Translations under genes and position numbers: made by a program | Shown: piece by piece, positions 53,960 through 63,999 of the stretch | How the letters are laid out: the number at the start of each line of letters is the position of its first letter | How positions within the stretch are numbered: the stretch's first letter is position 1 | The notes under the pieces: generated by a model | Database searches by the model: none | What the model saw: only the letters and a program-made list of their open reading frames with translations | What the model was told of the DNA's origin: nothing | Source of the DNA: Kiritimatiellia bacterium | Lineage (GTDB): Bacteria; Verrucomicrobiota; Kiritimatiellia; CAIQIC01; Lenti-01 | Direction: 5' to 3' | NCBI GenBank assembly: GCA_028681135.1 | Contig: JAQUJC010000007.1 | Coordinates: 57-64,056, forward strand | DNA: 64,000 bases

Positions 53960-55528
53960 AGCGTGCAGGATGACCGCCGGATTTTTCTCTTGGAAAAATC
54001 GCCGTTCCCACTCGGCGGAAAAGAGGGCGACGGGACGTTGTTGGGAGTCGAGGGCCAGGCGGCAACTGCTGGGGAGCAGATCGGGGGTGACGGGCGCGCC
54101 CGCCGGATCGATCCAGCGCAGGATGGTCCACGAGGCGGGTTCGAGACGGGTTGTCGCTCCATATTCATTTTCGAGGCGGTGTTGGAGGACGTCGAATTGG
54201 AGGGGGCCCACGGCACCCAGCAGCGGCACCCGCGTGCCGGAGTCGGGAATCTGAAAAGCCTGCACCGCGCCCTCTTGCAGCAGGTGATCGAGCCCCGCCC
54301 GAAACCGTTTGAATTGCGCCGGGCTCGAATGGTGTAAATAGGCAAAGCATTCTGCCGCGAACTGGGGCAGGGGGGGGTAGACAATCGCCGGGTCTTCCGT
54401 CAGCGTGTCGCCGATACCAAACTCCGGGTGCCCAACAAGGCCAATGACATCGCCCGGGAACGCTTTGTTTACCGTGTCACGGCTGCGGGCAAACATTTTG
54501 CGTGAATTGGACATGCGGATGACTTTGCCGGAGCGGGGATGGGTGGCCTTCATGTCGCGCGTGAAAATGCCCGAGCAGACCCGCAAGAACGCAATCTGAT
54601 CGCGATGTTGGGGGTCCATATTGGACTGGATTTTAAAGATAAAGCCGGAGAAGGCCGGGTGGGTTGGTGCGATGGCCTGGTCGCCGGCATGACGGGGGCC
54701 GGGGGGGGGCGCATGAGTTAGGAAAAAGTCTAGCAGGAGCTGTACACCAAAATTGTTGAGCGCGCTGCCAAAAAAAATGGGCGTCATGTCGCCGGCCTGT
54801 ACGGCGGCCGCATCGAAGCGCTCGCCAGCCGCCTCTAGCATCTCGATTTCCTCGGCCAGTGTGCGGAAGGCGTCAGGCGTCATACGCTCGCGGACGCGGG
54901 GGTCGGTCACGGCATGGAGCGCTTCGGGGGCGCGGTAGGCGCCCCCGGCCGTGCGCTCAAAAAAGTGCGCCTGCTGGCTTTCGCGGTCATACACGCCCCG
55001 GAAATCAACCCCGTCGCCCATGGGCCAATTCATGGCGCAGACGTTGAGCTGTAGGGTCTGTTCGATTTCATCGATCAATTCGAGCGGGTCCCGCGCCGGG
55101 CGGTCGAGCTTGTTGATAAAAGTAAAGATAGGAATGCCGCGCAGGCGGCAAATCTCGAAGAGTTTGAGCGTTTGGCTTTCGATGCCTTTGGCGGCGTCAA
55201 TCACCATGATGACCGCATCGACGGCCATCAGAACGCGGTAGGTGTCTTCAGAAAAATCATGGTGTCCGGGTGTGTCCAACAGATTGACCACGCAGTCGTG
55301 GTACTCAAACTGCAAGACTGTGGAACTGACGGAGATGCCGCGTTGTTTCTCCAACTCCATCCAGTCGGAAGTTGTGGCGCGTTGATTTTTGCGCGCAGTG
55401 ACGGAGCCGGCCAGTTGGACCGCGCCGCCGTAGAGCAGCAATTTTTCGGTGAGAGTCGTTTTGCCGGCATCCGGGTGTGAGATGATGGCCAGCGTACGCC
55501 GCCGAGCGATTTCCTGCGCGGCGTTCAT
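53936..55528 (-). CDS. prfC: Peptide chain release factor 3 (translational GTPase)
   Basis: 'RRRTLAIISHPDAGKTTLTEKLLLYGGAVQLAGSV...DWMELEKQRGISVSSTVLQFEY...NLLDTPGHHDFSEDTYRVLMAVDAVIMVIDAAKGIESQTLKLFEICRLRGIPIFTFINKLDR' is the canonical RF3 G-domain. The start is taken at MNAAQEI. It contains a C9 (plus-strand G9) tract at 54701-54709. Confidence 0.9.
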   Translation of the reverse strand: MNAAQEIARRRTLAIISHPDAGKTTLTEKLLLYGGAVQLAGSVTARKNQRATTSDWMELEKQRGISVSSTVLQFEYHDCVVNLLDTPGHHDFSEDTYRVLMAVDAVIMVIDAAKGIESQTLKLFEICRLRGIPIFTFINKLDRPARDPLELIDEIEQTLQLNVCAMNWPMGDGVDFRGVYDRESQQAHFFERTAGGAYRAPEALHAVTDPRVRERMTPDAFRTLAEEIEMLEAAGERFDAAAVQAGDMTPIFFGSALNNFGVQLLLDFFLTHAPPPGPRHAGDQAIAPTHPAFSGFIFKIQSNMDPQHRDQIAFLRVCSGIFTRDMKATHPRSGKVIRMSNSRKMFARSRDTVNKAFPGDVIGLVGHPEFGIGDTLTEDPAIVYPPLPQFAAECFAYLHHSSPAQFKRFRAGLDHLLQEGAVQAFQIPDSGTRVPLLGAVGPLQFDVLQHRLENEYGATTRLEPASWTILRWIDPAGAPVTPDLLPSSCRLALDSQQRPVALFSAEWERRFFQEKNPAVILHALGSALES

Positions 55529-55698
55529 CGGCGATAGGGGTGGAGGTACGGAGATGACATGCGGCGCGGATTCTTGCACAGGCGCTGGAAAAGAAAAGCG
55601 AAAAACAAAAAGGAATCGTTCTCACCCCCCCCCCCCGTGCGCCATCCGGGATGGGGGGCATGGGCTTACGCCGCCCTATGTCTGCCGGGCTTCCGGAG

Positions 55699-56400
55699 TC
55701 AGCGGGGGATAAAGTGCATCGTGATGGGCGTGCCGTAGGGCGGCACCTGGCGAGGATTGGCATGGAGGGCCTCGTCATTAGCGCCCGCGGGATGGTTGAT
55801 GTTGATCAAGGCGTAGGGGTCCCAATAGGTGGCCACAAGCGATTCTTCAGCGAATCCCATGAAGCGCCCTTCTTTGACCATAGAGCCATTGAATATCCAC
55901 GGGGCATTGGGCAAAACGGCGTCCTCCTTGATCTGCCAGATAAATGTTTCGGCTCGTTCGCGCCGGAGGTCGCCATCCGCGTCCCATTCCACAAAAATAT
56001 CCACGGGGGATCCTGTCGGGGGCCCCTTGCCTAGATCGGGCATGGGCTCGCCCCCTTTGAGCCCGGCCAGCAGCAGCGCCGCTTGCAAATCAATGGGATT
56101 CACCGACAAGACAAAGACGCACTCATGCACCTTGCCTTTGGGGCCGCAGGCCAGCAGTTCGATGGCGCCATGCGTCTGGTTGACCCACCCGGTGGCAGTG
56201 ACCGTTTTGGTGGCAGAATGAACCCGGACCTCGCCCAGATGGGCGATGGGGCCATCCCAGCACACAGGGGAGGGGGGGGGCTGGGGCTCGGAGCCGGCCG
56301 GATAAATGACAATCGGCTCCTCGTGCTCTGCCGCGGGAGCGGTTGTGGCAAGCGTGAGGGTCAGTCCAAGGGCGAAAAAACAGATTGTGCGTCGTGACAT
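55699..56400 (-). CDS. Secreted hypothetical protein
   Basis: Signal peptide 'MSRRTICFFALGLTLTLATTAPAA'. 233 aa with no recognised family. A plus-strand G9 tract at 56272-56280 encodes PPP. Confidence 0.4.
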   Translation of the reverse strand: MSRRTICFFALGLTLTLATTAPAAEHEEPIVIYPAGSEPQPPPSPVCWDGPIAHLGEVRVHSATKTVTATGWVNQTHGAIELLACGPKGKVHECVFVLSVNPIDLQAALLLAGLKGGEPMPDLGKGPPTGSPVDIFVEWDADGDLRRERAETFIWQIKEDAVLPNAPWIFNGSMVKEGRFMGFAEESLVATYWDPYALININHPAGANDEALHANPRQVPPYGTPITMHFIPR

Positions 56401-56960
56401 GCGATCTCCTGTTGGTGATAGTGGGCCGTGGTTTCGGGGTCGGAAGGATATCGGGCATCGAGGATGAGCGCCTGCCGGGCCGCGTCGAGGGCTTCGGCAT
56501 AGTTGCCATCAAGATGAAGGAGGACAGATTGGGCGTGCCAGGCATCAGGATTGTCCGGTTGTAACTCCATGGCACGTTGGGCGGCGGCTAAACCGTCGTG
56601 AATATCCGCGCGACGGGGGGCTGCAAGCCGGGCCGTGGCATGGGCGATTAAAATATGAATCGAGGCGTCGTTGGGAAACAGGCTGTCCATGTGCCGAAAA
56701 ATCTTCAGCGCGTCGGTGGCGCGTCCCTGTTCGAGCAGGGTTAGGCCAAATCCATGCAGGGCGGGGCCATTGGTGGCGCAGACGCGCAAGGATCGGGCGT
56801 AAAGGCGGGCGGCGGTATCAAAGGAGGCCGCCGCGTTAGCGGTGCGGTTGAGCCGTTCGGCTTCAGGGGGCAGCGGTGCGGTGCGCCAGGTGGGGACTTG
56901 AGCGGCTCCTTGCGCCAGGGCGATCCCCCACGCTCCAATAAGGATGGCCAGGATGCGCAT
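56361..56960 (-). CDS. TPR-repeat protein (secreted)
   Basis: The signal peptide is followed by 3-4 34-residue TPR-like units, for example 'ALKIFRHMDSLFPNDASIHILIAHATA' and 'ALDAARQALILDARY'. Confidence 0.55.
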   Translation of the reverse strand: MRILAILIGAWGIALAQGAAQVPTWRTAPLPPEAERLNRTANAAASFDTAARLYARSLRVCATNGPALHGFGLTLLEQGRATDALKIFRHMDSLFPNDASIHILIAHATARLAAPRRADIHDGLAAAQRAMELQPDNPDAWHAQSVLLHLDGNYAEALDAARQALILDARYPSDPETTAHYHQQEIACHDAQSVFSPLD

Positions 56961-56962
56961 GA

Positions 56963-57916
56963 TTATTCCTTGAGTTCGATTGTCACCGTAGCCGGGTCCG
57001 TTCGCAGCACGGCCAGGCCACTGGGCAGAACCGCCTGGATGGGCAGGCGCATGGGCCCAGTGGTTTCCACGTCTCCGGCATCCACGAATAGGCGGATTTC
57101 CTCGGCCACCAAGGCATTGACCAATTTGGGACGCCCTTTGATTGTCACGTTCGCGACACTGGGTTCAAGATCGGCGCGCACGTTGCGGCCTGCGGGCAGC
57201 AGCGTCAGAATCGGCAGATCGGTAAAACGGAGGGATACGGACCGCTCTACGATGATCATGTCCAGGGTGACCGCGGTGGGGTCGAGGGTGACCCCGGCCA
57301 GTTCGTCTCCCGCCATCAGGGCGATCCGACGCTTGTTAATGGACCGGATGCGGCCATCCAGGTCAATGGGCATGGTGCTGATGGCGTCGAGGCCTTCCAC
57401 TATCTGGGCCGGGCCGGAGAGTTGAACCGTGGCGGGGGTGACGGCTGTTTTTTCGATTTCATAGCCGTCCAGGAGTAAGTTTTGGGTTTCAACTTTGACC
57501 GGAACCTGTTTGGTGATTTCCCGGTCCAAACGAATAAATAGGGTGGCAGGCCGAATAAACTCAATGCGGGCATTGCCGGGGGCATTGATATTGGCGGCAC
57601 TCAAGGTAACCGTAAAGCCTTGGCTGTCCGTGTGGGTGCGGGCATCGACCGTGGCTTTGATGAGTTCGCGGTTGAGATAGCGCAAATCTTCGCGGGTTCC
57701 CATAAACGCCACATCGATGGTGCGGGTGGATCGATCCACAATAGTCCAGTCCGGCGGGGGCTGAATGGCCAACGGGATGTCGGTGACCAGAGTCGGATTG
57801 CTGGTGGCGGCACGAATGGCATACCAAACAGCAATGGCCGCCAGGAACGACATGAGCCGAATGCCGTTACGGGTGTCCAGAAATTCAAGCGGTTTTCGTG
57901 GAATCTTCAAATTCAT
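56963..57916 (-). CDS. YbbR-domain protein (CdaR-like regulator of diadenylate cyclase)
   Basis: N-terminal TM helix plus repeated YbbR-like beta-rich segments. It sits immediately downstream of cdaA, as in cdaA-cdaR operons. Confidence 0.7.
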   Translation of the reverse strand: MNLKIPRKPLEFLDTRNGIRLMSFLAAIAVWYAIRAATSNPTLVTDIPLAIQPPPDWTIVDRSTRTIDVAFMGTREDLRYLNRELIKATVDARTHTDSQGFTVTLSAANINAPGNARIEFIRPATLFIRLDREITKQVPVKVETQNLLLDGYEIEKTAVTPATVQLSGPAQIVEGLDAISTMPIDLDGRIRSINKRRIALMAGDELAGVTLDPTAVTLDMIIVERSVSLRFTDLPILTLLPAGRNVRADLEPSVANVTIKGRPKLVNALVAEEIRLFVDAGDVETTGPMRLPIQAVLPSGLAVLRTDPATVTIELKE

Positions 57917-58769
57917 GTTCCATTAATTCTTCCGTGCGAGCCACCCCCTCGGGGGTCAGGTCCAGGGATTGCCGCAGGCGTTGCCAGCGACTCTTGCTCT
58001 TGGCTGCCCGCAGCAAAACCGATGACAGGATACGGCGCAGGCGGGTGTCGTCCAGACCGCGGATCAGTCGCCCCTTGTAGGCCAGGGAGATGGCTCCGGT
58101 TTGCTCGGAGACCACGATCACGACCGAATCCGTTTCCTCAGAGATGCCCACGGCCGCACGGTGGCGGGTGCCGATTTTGCCAATATCGCGCGTGGACAGG
58201 GGGAAAACACAAGCGGCGGCACGGATGCGGTTGCCGGAAATAATGACGCCGCCGTCGTGCAACGGGGTGTTCGGAAAGAATATGGTGGCCAGCAACTCGG
58301 CCGTGACGGCTGAATCCATGCGGGTGCCGGTTTCCTGGACGGACCGTGTTCCAATTTCGCGCTCTATGGCGATCAAAGCCCCAATTTTATCGTCTGCCAA
58401 ACGCGAGGTGGCCTGCAAAATTTCATCCAGTACGCCGCGCTCGCGCAGAGTGGTGTCGAATACATGCTGTTTGCCCAGCTCGGCCAGGGCGCGCCGGATT
58501 TCCGGCTGGAAGATGATCAGGAAGGCAATGACGAGATAAACGGACAGTTGCTGCAGCAGCCAGTTGAGCGTGTCGAGGTTGAAGATGCGTGTCAACACCA
58601 GCATGATGATGACACTGGTGACAAACCCCAACAGCACCTGCGCGCCGCGAGTGCCGCGCAGAAACTGGATGACATAGTAAAACATGATGGTCAGCACCAA
58701 AATTTCCAGCAGGCCGCCTGCTGCGGGCAGAGGGACACGCTGAACAAATTCTAACCATTCAGGGTTCAT
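57885..58769 (-). CDS. cdaA: Diadenylate cyclase CdaA (DisA_N/DAC domain, membrane-anchored)
   Basis: Three N-terminal TM helices. The DAC domain is 'DKIGALIAIEREIG...TAELLATIFFPNTPLHDGGVIISGNRIRAAACVFPLSTRD...GTRHRAAVGISEETDSVVIVVSEQTGAISLA' with the DGA and RHRAA motifs. The start is taken at MNPEWLEF. Confidence 0.85.
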   Translation of the reverse strand: MNPEWLEFVQRVPLPAAGGLLEILVLTIMFYYVIQFLRGTRGAQVLLGFVTSVIIMLVLTRIFNLDTLNWLLQQLSVYLVIAFLIIFQPEIRRALAELGKQHVFDTTLRERGVLDEILQATSRLADDKIGALIAIEREIGTRSVQETGTRMDSAVTAELLATIFFPNTPLHDGGVIISGNRIRAAACVFPLSTRDIGKIGTRHRAAVGISEETDSVVIVVSEQTGAISLAYKGRLIRGLDDTRLRRILSSVLLRAAKSKSRWQRLRQSLDLTPEGVARTEELMEHEFEDSTKTA

Positions 58770-58956
58770 CCCAACAGTTTGCCACGCATGCGCGTGCGGC
58801 GCAAGCGGCAAGAATAATCTGTTTGAATCTGTTGGATTTGCTGGATTGGCTTGGACATGATCTGCTCCTGTCTCTGCTCCTGTGTCACGTGGGCCCGTGG
58901 AGTGCGGAACGCTTCATGTGGTGGGCGGCGCTCCCGCGTCACCCTTTTTGGGCAAG

Positions 58957-59781
58957 TCATTTGATGCCGGCCGTGAGCTGGCTGGCGACAATATGGCGCT
59001 GGGCCAGGCGGAAGACCACCAGAACGGGTAGGGTGGTCATGACGGCACAGGCGAGGATGTCCCCCCACTGGATGGGGGGTTGGGTGAAGAGGTTGGAGAG
59101 AGCAATCTGGACCGTACGGGTTTCCTCCCGGGTGCAGATGACCAAGGGCCAGATAAAGTCGCTCCAATGGGTCAGCATATCAAGGACCAACACGGTCGCC
59201 AGCGCGGGCCGGATGGCCGGAAGGCCCACGCTCCAGTAGATGCGGAAGGGGCCCGCGCCATCCATGATGGCGGCTTCTTCCAAATCGCGCGGCAGGGCCA
59301 AAAAATGCTGGCGGAGAAAGTAGATATTGAACGCCTTGACCGCGAAGGGCAATACCAGTGCAGCCAGGGTGCGCCCGTGGCCACCAACCAGCCCGAGGTC
59401 GCGCACGGTCAGCAGCAGGGGCACCACCAGCACTTCTACCGGCAGGATGATCAGCACAATCACCAGGGCGAAGAGGCCCGCCCGCCCTGGAAAATCGAAC
59501 CGGGCCAGCGCAAACGCGGCCATGCTGTTGAAGAGCAGGCCTAGCCCCAGAATGCCCGCGACTTGCAGCAGGGAATTCAACAGCCCAATGCCCATCGCTG
59601 CACGGCGCCACGCGGCGACATAATGTTCCAAATGCAGACCGCGGAAATCGAATAGCGATTTGAGCCCCCCGGTGAATATGGCGGATTCAGGCCGGAATGA
59701 GGCGTGCAGCATCCATAGCAGCGGCAGCAAAAACCCCAGCGCCACCACAACGGCCACCAGCCAACCCGCGATTCGTTTCAT
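58957..59781 (-). CDS. Carbohydrate ABC transporter permease (MalG-like)
   Basis: 6 TM helices. 'ALPRDLEEAAIMDGAGPFRIYWSVGLPAIRPAL' is the EAA loop. Confidence 0.8.
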   Translation of the reverse strand: MKRIAGWLVAVVVALGFLLPLLWMLHASFRPESAIFTGGLKSLFDFRGLHLEHYVAAWRRAAMGIGLLNSLLQVAGILGLGLLFNSMAAFALARFDFPGRAGLFALVIVLIILPVEVLVVPLLLTVRDLGLVGGHGRTLAALVLPFAVKAFNIYFLRQHFLALPRDLEEAAIMDGAGPFRIYWSVGLPAIRPALATVLVLDMLTHWSDFIWPLVICTREETRTVQIALSNLFTQPPIQWGDILACAVMTTLPVLVVFRLAQRHIVASQLTAGIK

Positions 59782-60668
59782 GAGCGAACCTCCCGGGCAA
59801 AGGCCCGCTGCAGCAGGGCCAGTCCCGCCACCAGCAGTAGAAACAGCATGGCACCTGCACTGGCCCGGCCGAGTTCACGCCCGAGGAACGTTGTCTCATA
59901 GATAAACTGAATGATGGACAGGGTGGCATCTTCGGGACCGCCGCGGGTCATCAGGTAGGGTTGGGCAAACAATCGGAAGGATAAGATCAAGGTGGCGGTC
60001 ATGACAAAAATAATCGAAGGGCGCATGGCCGGAAGAATGACGTGCCGCAAACGCTGGAACGCGCCGGCACCATCGATCCGGGCCGCCTCAAGTTGGGCGC
60101 GGGACAGGGACTGGAGCCCCGCCAGAAAAATCATCATTTGAAACCCGACGCCTTGCCAAACGGACATGAAGGCAATGGCGGGCAGGGCGAGATGGGGCTG
60201 TTGAAGCCACTCCTGCGCCGGGAGTCCGATACTGCCGATCAGGGCGTTGATCAGTCCCGTCTGTCCGCCGCGCAAGGGCTGATAAAGCATGGTCCACAGG
60301 ACGGCCAGCACGGGCATGGACACGATAATGGGCAGAAAAAAGGCGGTCCGCAGCCAGCGCCAATACCGTTCTGGACGATTGACCCAAAGCGCCAGGAAAA
60401 AGGCCAGGGTGGCCTGCACCGGGACGACCATCAATGCAAAGCAGGCCGTGTTGAAAAAGGCGCGACGGAAGCGCGGATCGGACAGCAGCTCGGAATAGTT
60501 GGCCGCGCCGGTCCATACGGCGGCATCCGTGCGCAGCAGATCTGCATTGGTCAGGCTCCACCACGCGCCACGCAACAGGGGGAAGAGGGCAAACGTGCCC
60601 AGCAGCAGGAGGGCGGGGGCCAGGAACAGCCAGGGGACGATTCGCGGAATGGTGAGGCGTTGTTTCAT
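59778..60668 (-). CDS. Carbohydrate ABC transporter permease (MalF-like)
   Basis: 'LAGLQSLSRAQLEAARIDGAGAFQRLRHVILPAMRPS' is the EAA loop. The start is at the internal ATG (MKQRLT). Confidence 0.8.
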   Translation of the reverse strand: MKQRLTIPRIVPWLFLAPALLLLGTFALFPLLRGAWWSLTNADLLRTDAAVWTGAANYSELLSDPRFRRAFFNTACFALMVVPVQATLAFFLALWVNRPERYWRWLRTAFFLPIIVSMPVLAVLWTMLYQPLRGGQTGLINALIGSIGLPAQEWLQQPHLALPAIAFMSVWQGVGFQMMIFLAGLQSLSRAQLEAARIDGAGAFQRLRHVILPAMRPSIIFVMTATLILSFRLFAQPYLMTRGGPEDATLSIIQFIYETTFLGRELGRASAGAMLFLLLVAGLALLQRAFAREVRS

Positions 60669-61936
60669 GGTGAGCCGTGATGGCGATTTACTCGATTTTG
60701 AATCTGGTGCGCAGCGCGATTCAGGCATTCCTGCGGGTCTGCACCGTGAGCCGTGTCGCGCAAAGCGGCCGCAAAATGGCGGGTCAACGTAGGGTAAAAC
60801 GGGGTGCGGGGACGGGGATGGCCCGCGGTTTCCTGGAGATGTCGGAAAAGCCCAAAGGGCGGCGCGTGATAATCGGGAAAGAGCGCATAGGCAGAGCGGC
60901 GGGCGGGTACTGCGCCATTGGCGCCGATAATCGGTTCAATGCCCCGAACGGGATCAGTCACCCAGCGCAACCATAGCGCGGCGAGATCGGGGGATCGCGC
61001 ATCCCGGGTTAGCCCCCAACACCAACTTCCGCAGGCGGCAACGGGGCGGTCGCCCATGCGGGGCAAGGGCATCGCGCCCAGCCGCTCGCCCTTGACGGCC
61101 AGATGCGACCGGGCCATCCAGTGCCCCGTCCAATCCAGGGCCGTGTGGCCGTTGCCGAATGGGTTGGGGTCGATCGGCGCACGCGCCGCATAATCGCGCG
61201 CGAATACCTCAGCCCAGCGACGCAAGACCGTCACATTGCCGGGCGCGTTCAAAACGCCTTCAACGCGTCCATCGTCGCCAATTAAACGCCCGCCCGCAGA
61301 CCAGATCAGCGGGCTGAAGGCATAGGTATACCACTCGTCTCCGGCGTCATCCATGTGCATAGCCACGGGATCGATGCTGGCGGCCTTCAGCCGGGCGCAG
61401 GCCGCCAGAAATTCATCCCAGGTCCAGCCATTGAAGTCCGGGGGCGGTGTCACCCCGGCCTGGGCCAGCAGATCGCGGTCATAGTAGAGCACCATGGCGG
61501 AGTCGAAGGCGCCCAGCGCATAAAGCGTGCCGTCCACAGTGCCCTGAGCGCGGATGGTCGGGGCAAAATCGGCCAGTTCCTCGTCCGTGAAGTAGCGGGC
61601 AATGGGCTGCAGCAAGTCGGCGTCCACAAACTGAGCCACGGTGGGGCCATCCAGCGCGAGGACATCGGGCAAGTCGTGCGCCGCGGACGCAATCGATACT
61701 TTTTCGGTGTATTGGAAATCGGGGAAGAAGGTGAGATGGACGGCAAGACCCTCTTCGTCATGCGCCCGGTTGAAGGCAGCCGCCATCGCACGCATGGCAA
61801 GATTTTCAGCCTCCTGGCCCTGCTGGCACCAGACGCGTAGGGGCGACCGAACCGGCTCCCGCGCGCATCCCGCCCCCAGCACGGCGCAGAGACACAGCGC
61901 GATCCGTAGGCCATGAAATGGATTGTTTCCGGGCAC
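60665..61936 (-). CDS. ABC transporter extracellular solute-binding protein (family 1, sugar-type), lipoprotein
   Basis: Signal + 'LGAGC' lipobox. 423 aa SBP-like. It is the first gene of the minus-strand SBP-permease-permease operon. Confidence 0.7.
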   Translation of the reverse strand: MPGNNPFHGLRIALCLCAVLGAGCAREPVRSPLRVWCQQGQEAENLAMRAMAAAFNRAHDEEGLAVHLTFFPDFQYTEKVSIASAAHDLPDVLALDGPTVAQFVDADLLQPIARYFTDEELADFAPTIRAQGTVDGTLYALGAFDSAMVLYYDRDLLAQAGVTPPPDFNGWTWDEFLAACARLKAASIDPVAMHMDDAGDEWYTYAFSPLIWSAGGRLIGDDGRVEGVLNAPGNVTVLRRWAEVFARDYAARAPIDPNPFGNGHTALDWTGHWMARSHLAVKGERLGAMPLPRMGDRPVAACGSWCWGLTRDARSPDLAALWLRWVTDPVRGIEPIIGANGAVPARRSAYALFPDYHAPPFGLFRHLQETAGHPRPRTPFYPTLTRHFAAALRDTAHGADPQECLNRAAHQIQNRVNRHHGSP

Positions 61937-62049
61937 CTTTTCACCCTAACGCCGGTCTCCGGCAGTGGCCAGGAAAAATGCCATTGCATCATGTTTTGGA
62001 TTGGGCATGGACGCTATAGGAGGGGGCATGTTACGGTGGGTGGCCAAGG

Positions 62050-62982
62050 ATGGTGAGTACCATGAATGAACTGGGAATGGAGTGCTTAAGATGGATGCAG
62101 ATGAATCGGACGCCGGGCGGCGACGATTTCTTTCTGTTTCTAACGCAGTGGGGCGCAGGATTTTGGCTGATGGCCATTCTGGGGGTGCTGTTCTGGGTGT
62201 GGGGGCCGGCGGTGGGATATCGAGCCGGATTGGCCCTGATGACGGGCGATCTCATGAATAGCGTGGTGAAAAATGCGTTCTGCATTCCGCGCCCCTGGGT
62301 GCGCGATCCAACGCTGCTGCCGGTTGGAGATGCAAAGTGGGGGGCTTTTGGATATTCATTCCCCAGTGGTCACGCGACGAGTTCGGCATCGCTATGGGGC
62401 GGCATTGCCGCGGCGTCAAAACGCTGGTGGCTGTGGGTCCTGGTGTTGGGATGGATTGGATTGACGGGGTTTTCCCGAATCTATCTGGGCGTGCATACGC
62501 CCGTGGACGTGGTGACGTCCTGGCTTTTGGCAATCCCGGTGGTCTGGGGGGCGATGAGAGCGGTGACGTGGACCGAACGTTATCCGTCGCGAACCTGGAT
62601 GGTCCTGGGGGGGGTGGCGTTGCTGGCGGTGGCGGGAGGGGTGTTCATGCACGCCCGCCCGGTGCCGGAAGGGGCCGACGTGTTTCGCTTCGGACGCGAC
62701 ACCTACCGTGCCGTGGCCGCGCTGTTGGCCTTTGTGGCCGCGTGGCACATTGAACGGACCTATATTCGTTTTGATCCGGCCCGCCTGGGGGCCTACCGTA
62801 TCGTGGCCGTGGCGGTGGGGGTCCTGGTGCTGTCGCTGATGATGGCGCATCTGCGGCGCTTGGTCGCACCGTGGCTGGGCGAAAACGGCGCGATGTACGC
62901 CCTGGCGGTCGCCTGCCCCGTCTGGATTTTTGTGGTGTGGCCTTTCCTGCTCAAAGGGCTGGAAAAACCCTTGCCGCGCTAA
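62050..62982 (+). CDS. PAP2-family membrane phosphatase
   Basis: 'KNAFCIPRPW', 'SFPSGHATSSASLWGG' and 'SRIYLGVHTPVDVVTSW' are PAP2 motifs KxxxxxxRP / PSGH / SRxxxxxHxxxD. Confidence 0.7.
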   Translation: MVSTMNELGMECLRWMQMNRTPGGDDFFLFLTQWGAGFWLMAILGVLFWVWGPAVGYRAGLALMTGDLMNSVVKNAFCIPRPWVRDPTLLPVGDAKWGAFGYSFPSGHATSSASLWGGIAAASKRWWLWVLVLGWIGLTGFSRIYLGVHTPVDVVTSWLLAIPVVWGAMRAVTWTERYPSRTWMVLGGVALLAVAGGVFMHARPVPEGADVFRFGRDTYRAVAALLAFVAAWHIERTYIRFDPARLGAYRIVAVAVGVLVLSLMMAHLRRLVAPWLGENGAMYALAVACPVWIFVVWPFLLKGLEKPLPR

Positions 62983-63693
62983 ATCAGGAGGGGGCGACTA
63001 GGCGCCGTGTTTAGAACTTTCTTCGATCCCGACTATCCCACGCATACGCAGAAGTAAAAGCCCATAATCCTTCCCCCCCCTCTGCGCGGCCTTGCTTCCC
63101 CCCATGCCTCCGCCTTTCCCTTTTGCGCAGTTTTGCTTCCCCCGTGAGCCGTTCCTCCCATGCGCCCGACCTTCCTTGCCCCCCTTCGCACCTGAGAGCG
63201 CGAACAATCCCCAACCTCGCGGCCAGAAAACGGCCGCGCCCTACGCCGCACCCGAGGCGGTCGCGGCTGAGGGCGCTGACCGCCTGCGGCGGTCGCCGTT
63301 TTCTCGGCCGCTTCGGTCGGTCGCGCTCTACGGCTCACATGGGGCGCCGCGCGCTCCGCTCAACAGCCCCCGGAGAACAGCCCCGTGCGCCCGTGGCGCA
63401 CTCAAATACAGCCCAAAACCCGAGTTTTCCACACCATGGAACAGCCGAGTGCCGAGCCCGAGCTGCAAGGCGATGGGGGAACGCGATGGTCTATAGCGAA
63501 GTGCCCCGCGCTTCGAGCGAGAGAGCCCCGCGAACGCAGCGGCAAACATTTCTTCCATAGTATGGTGCCACCGACAAAAGTTTTCCCGTGCCACAATCGT
63601 CTGTGGCGGAACAAAATACGTTGTTTTTAAGCTTGACTTATCCCGTCCTGTTGTGTAGCGTAACCCCATGATCAGCAACAGGATATGCGCAGA

Positions 63694-63999
63694 ATGAAAC
63701 ATAAGATCGATCCTCAACAAAAGGGCTTGTTCGACCCCGAACGCCAGAACTTCAGTCCGGTCGGCTATGACCGCCTCGACCAGGGCTGGCAAGGCATCTT
63801 CCGACGCAGCCTGCTGGCGGTCATGCCGGCAGACGAGTTGGCCAAGGAGTTTTCCGGCGACCTGGGCCGCCGCACCAAGGAACTCTATTCCATGGCCGGC
63901 CTGATCGTGATCGCCGAGATGCGCGGCTGGACTTCGCAAGAAGCCGCCGACGCCTACATGTTCGATCTGTCGGTCCAATATGCGCTGAACGTCGGGCAT
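63694..63999 (+). mobile_element. Truncated (window-edge) ORF resembling the N-terminal DUF772-type domain of IS5/IS1182-like transposases
   Basis: 'MKHKIDPQQKGLFDPERQNFSPVGYDRLDQ...LLAVMPADELAKEFSGDLGRRTKELYSMAGLIVIAEMRGWTSQEAADAYMFDLSVQYALNV' has an L...GRp...ll..l...SdeE......dl..ry.l pattern like transposase N-termini. There is no stop within the window. The assignment is tentative. Confidence 0.35.

Noticed and set aside
53916-54384. Small ORFs spanning the palindrome (53916..54254 +, 53902..54384 -)
   Set aside because: They are generated by the inverted repeat and overlap the well-supported prfC frame.
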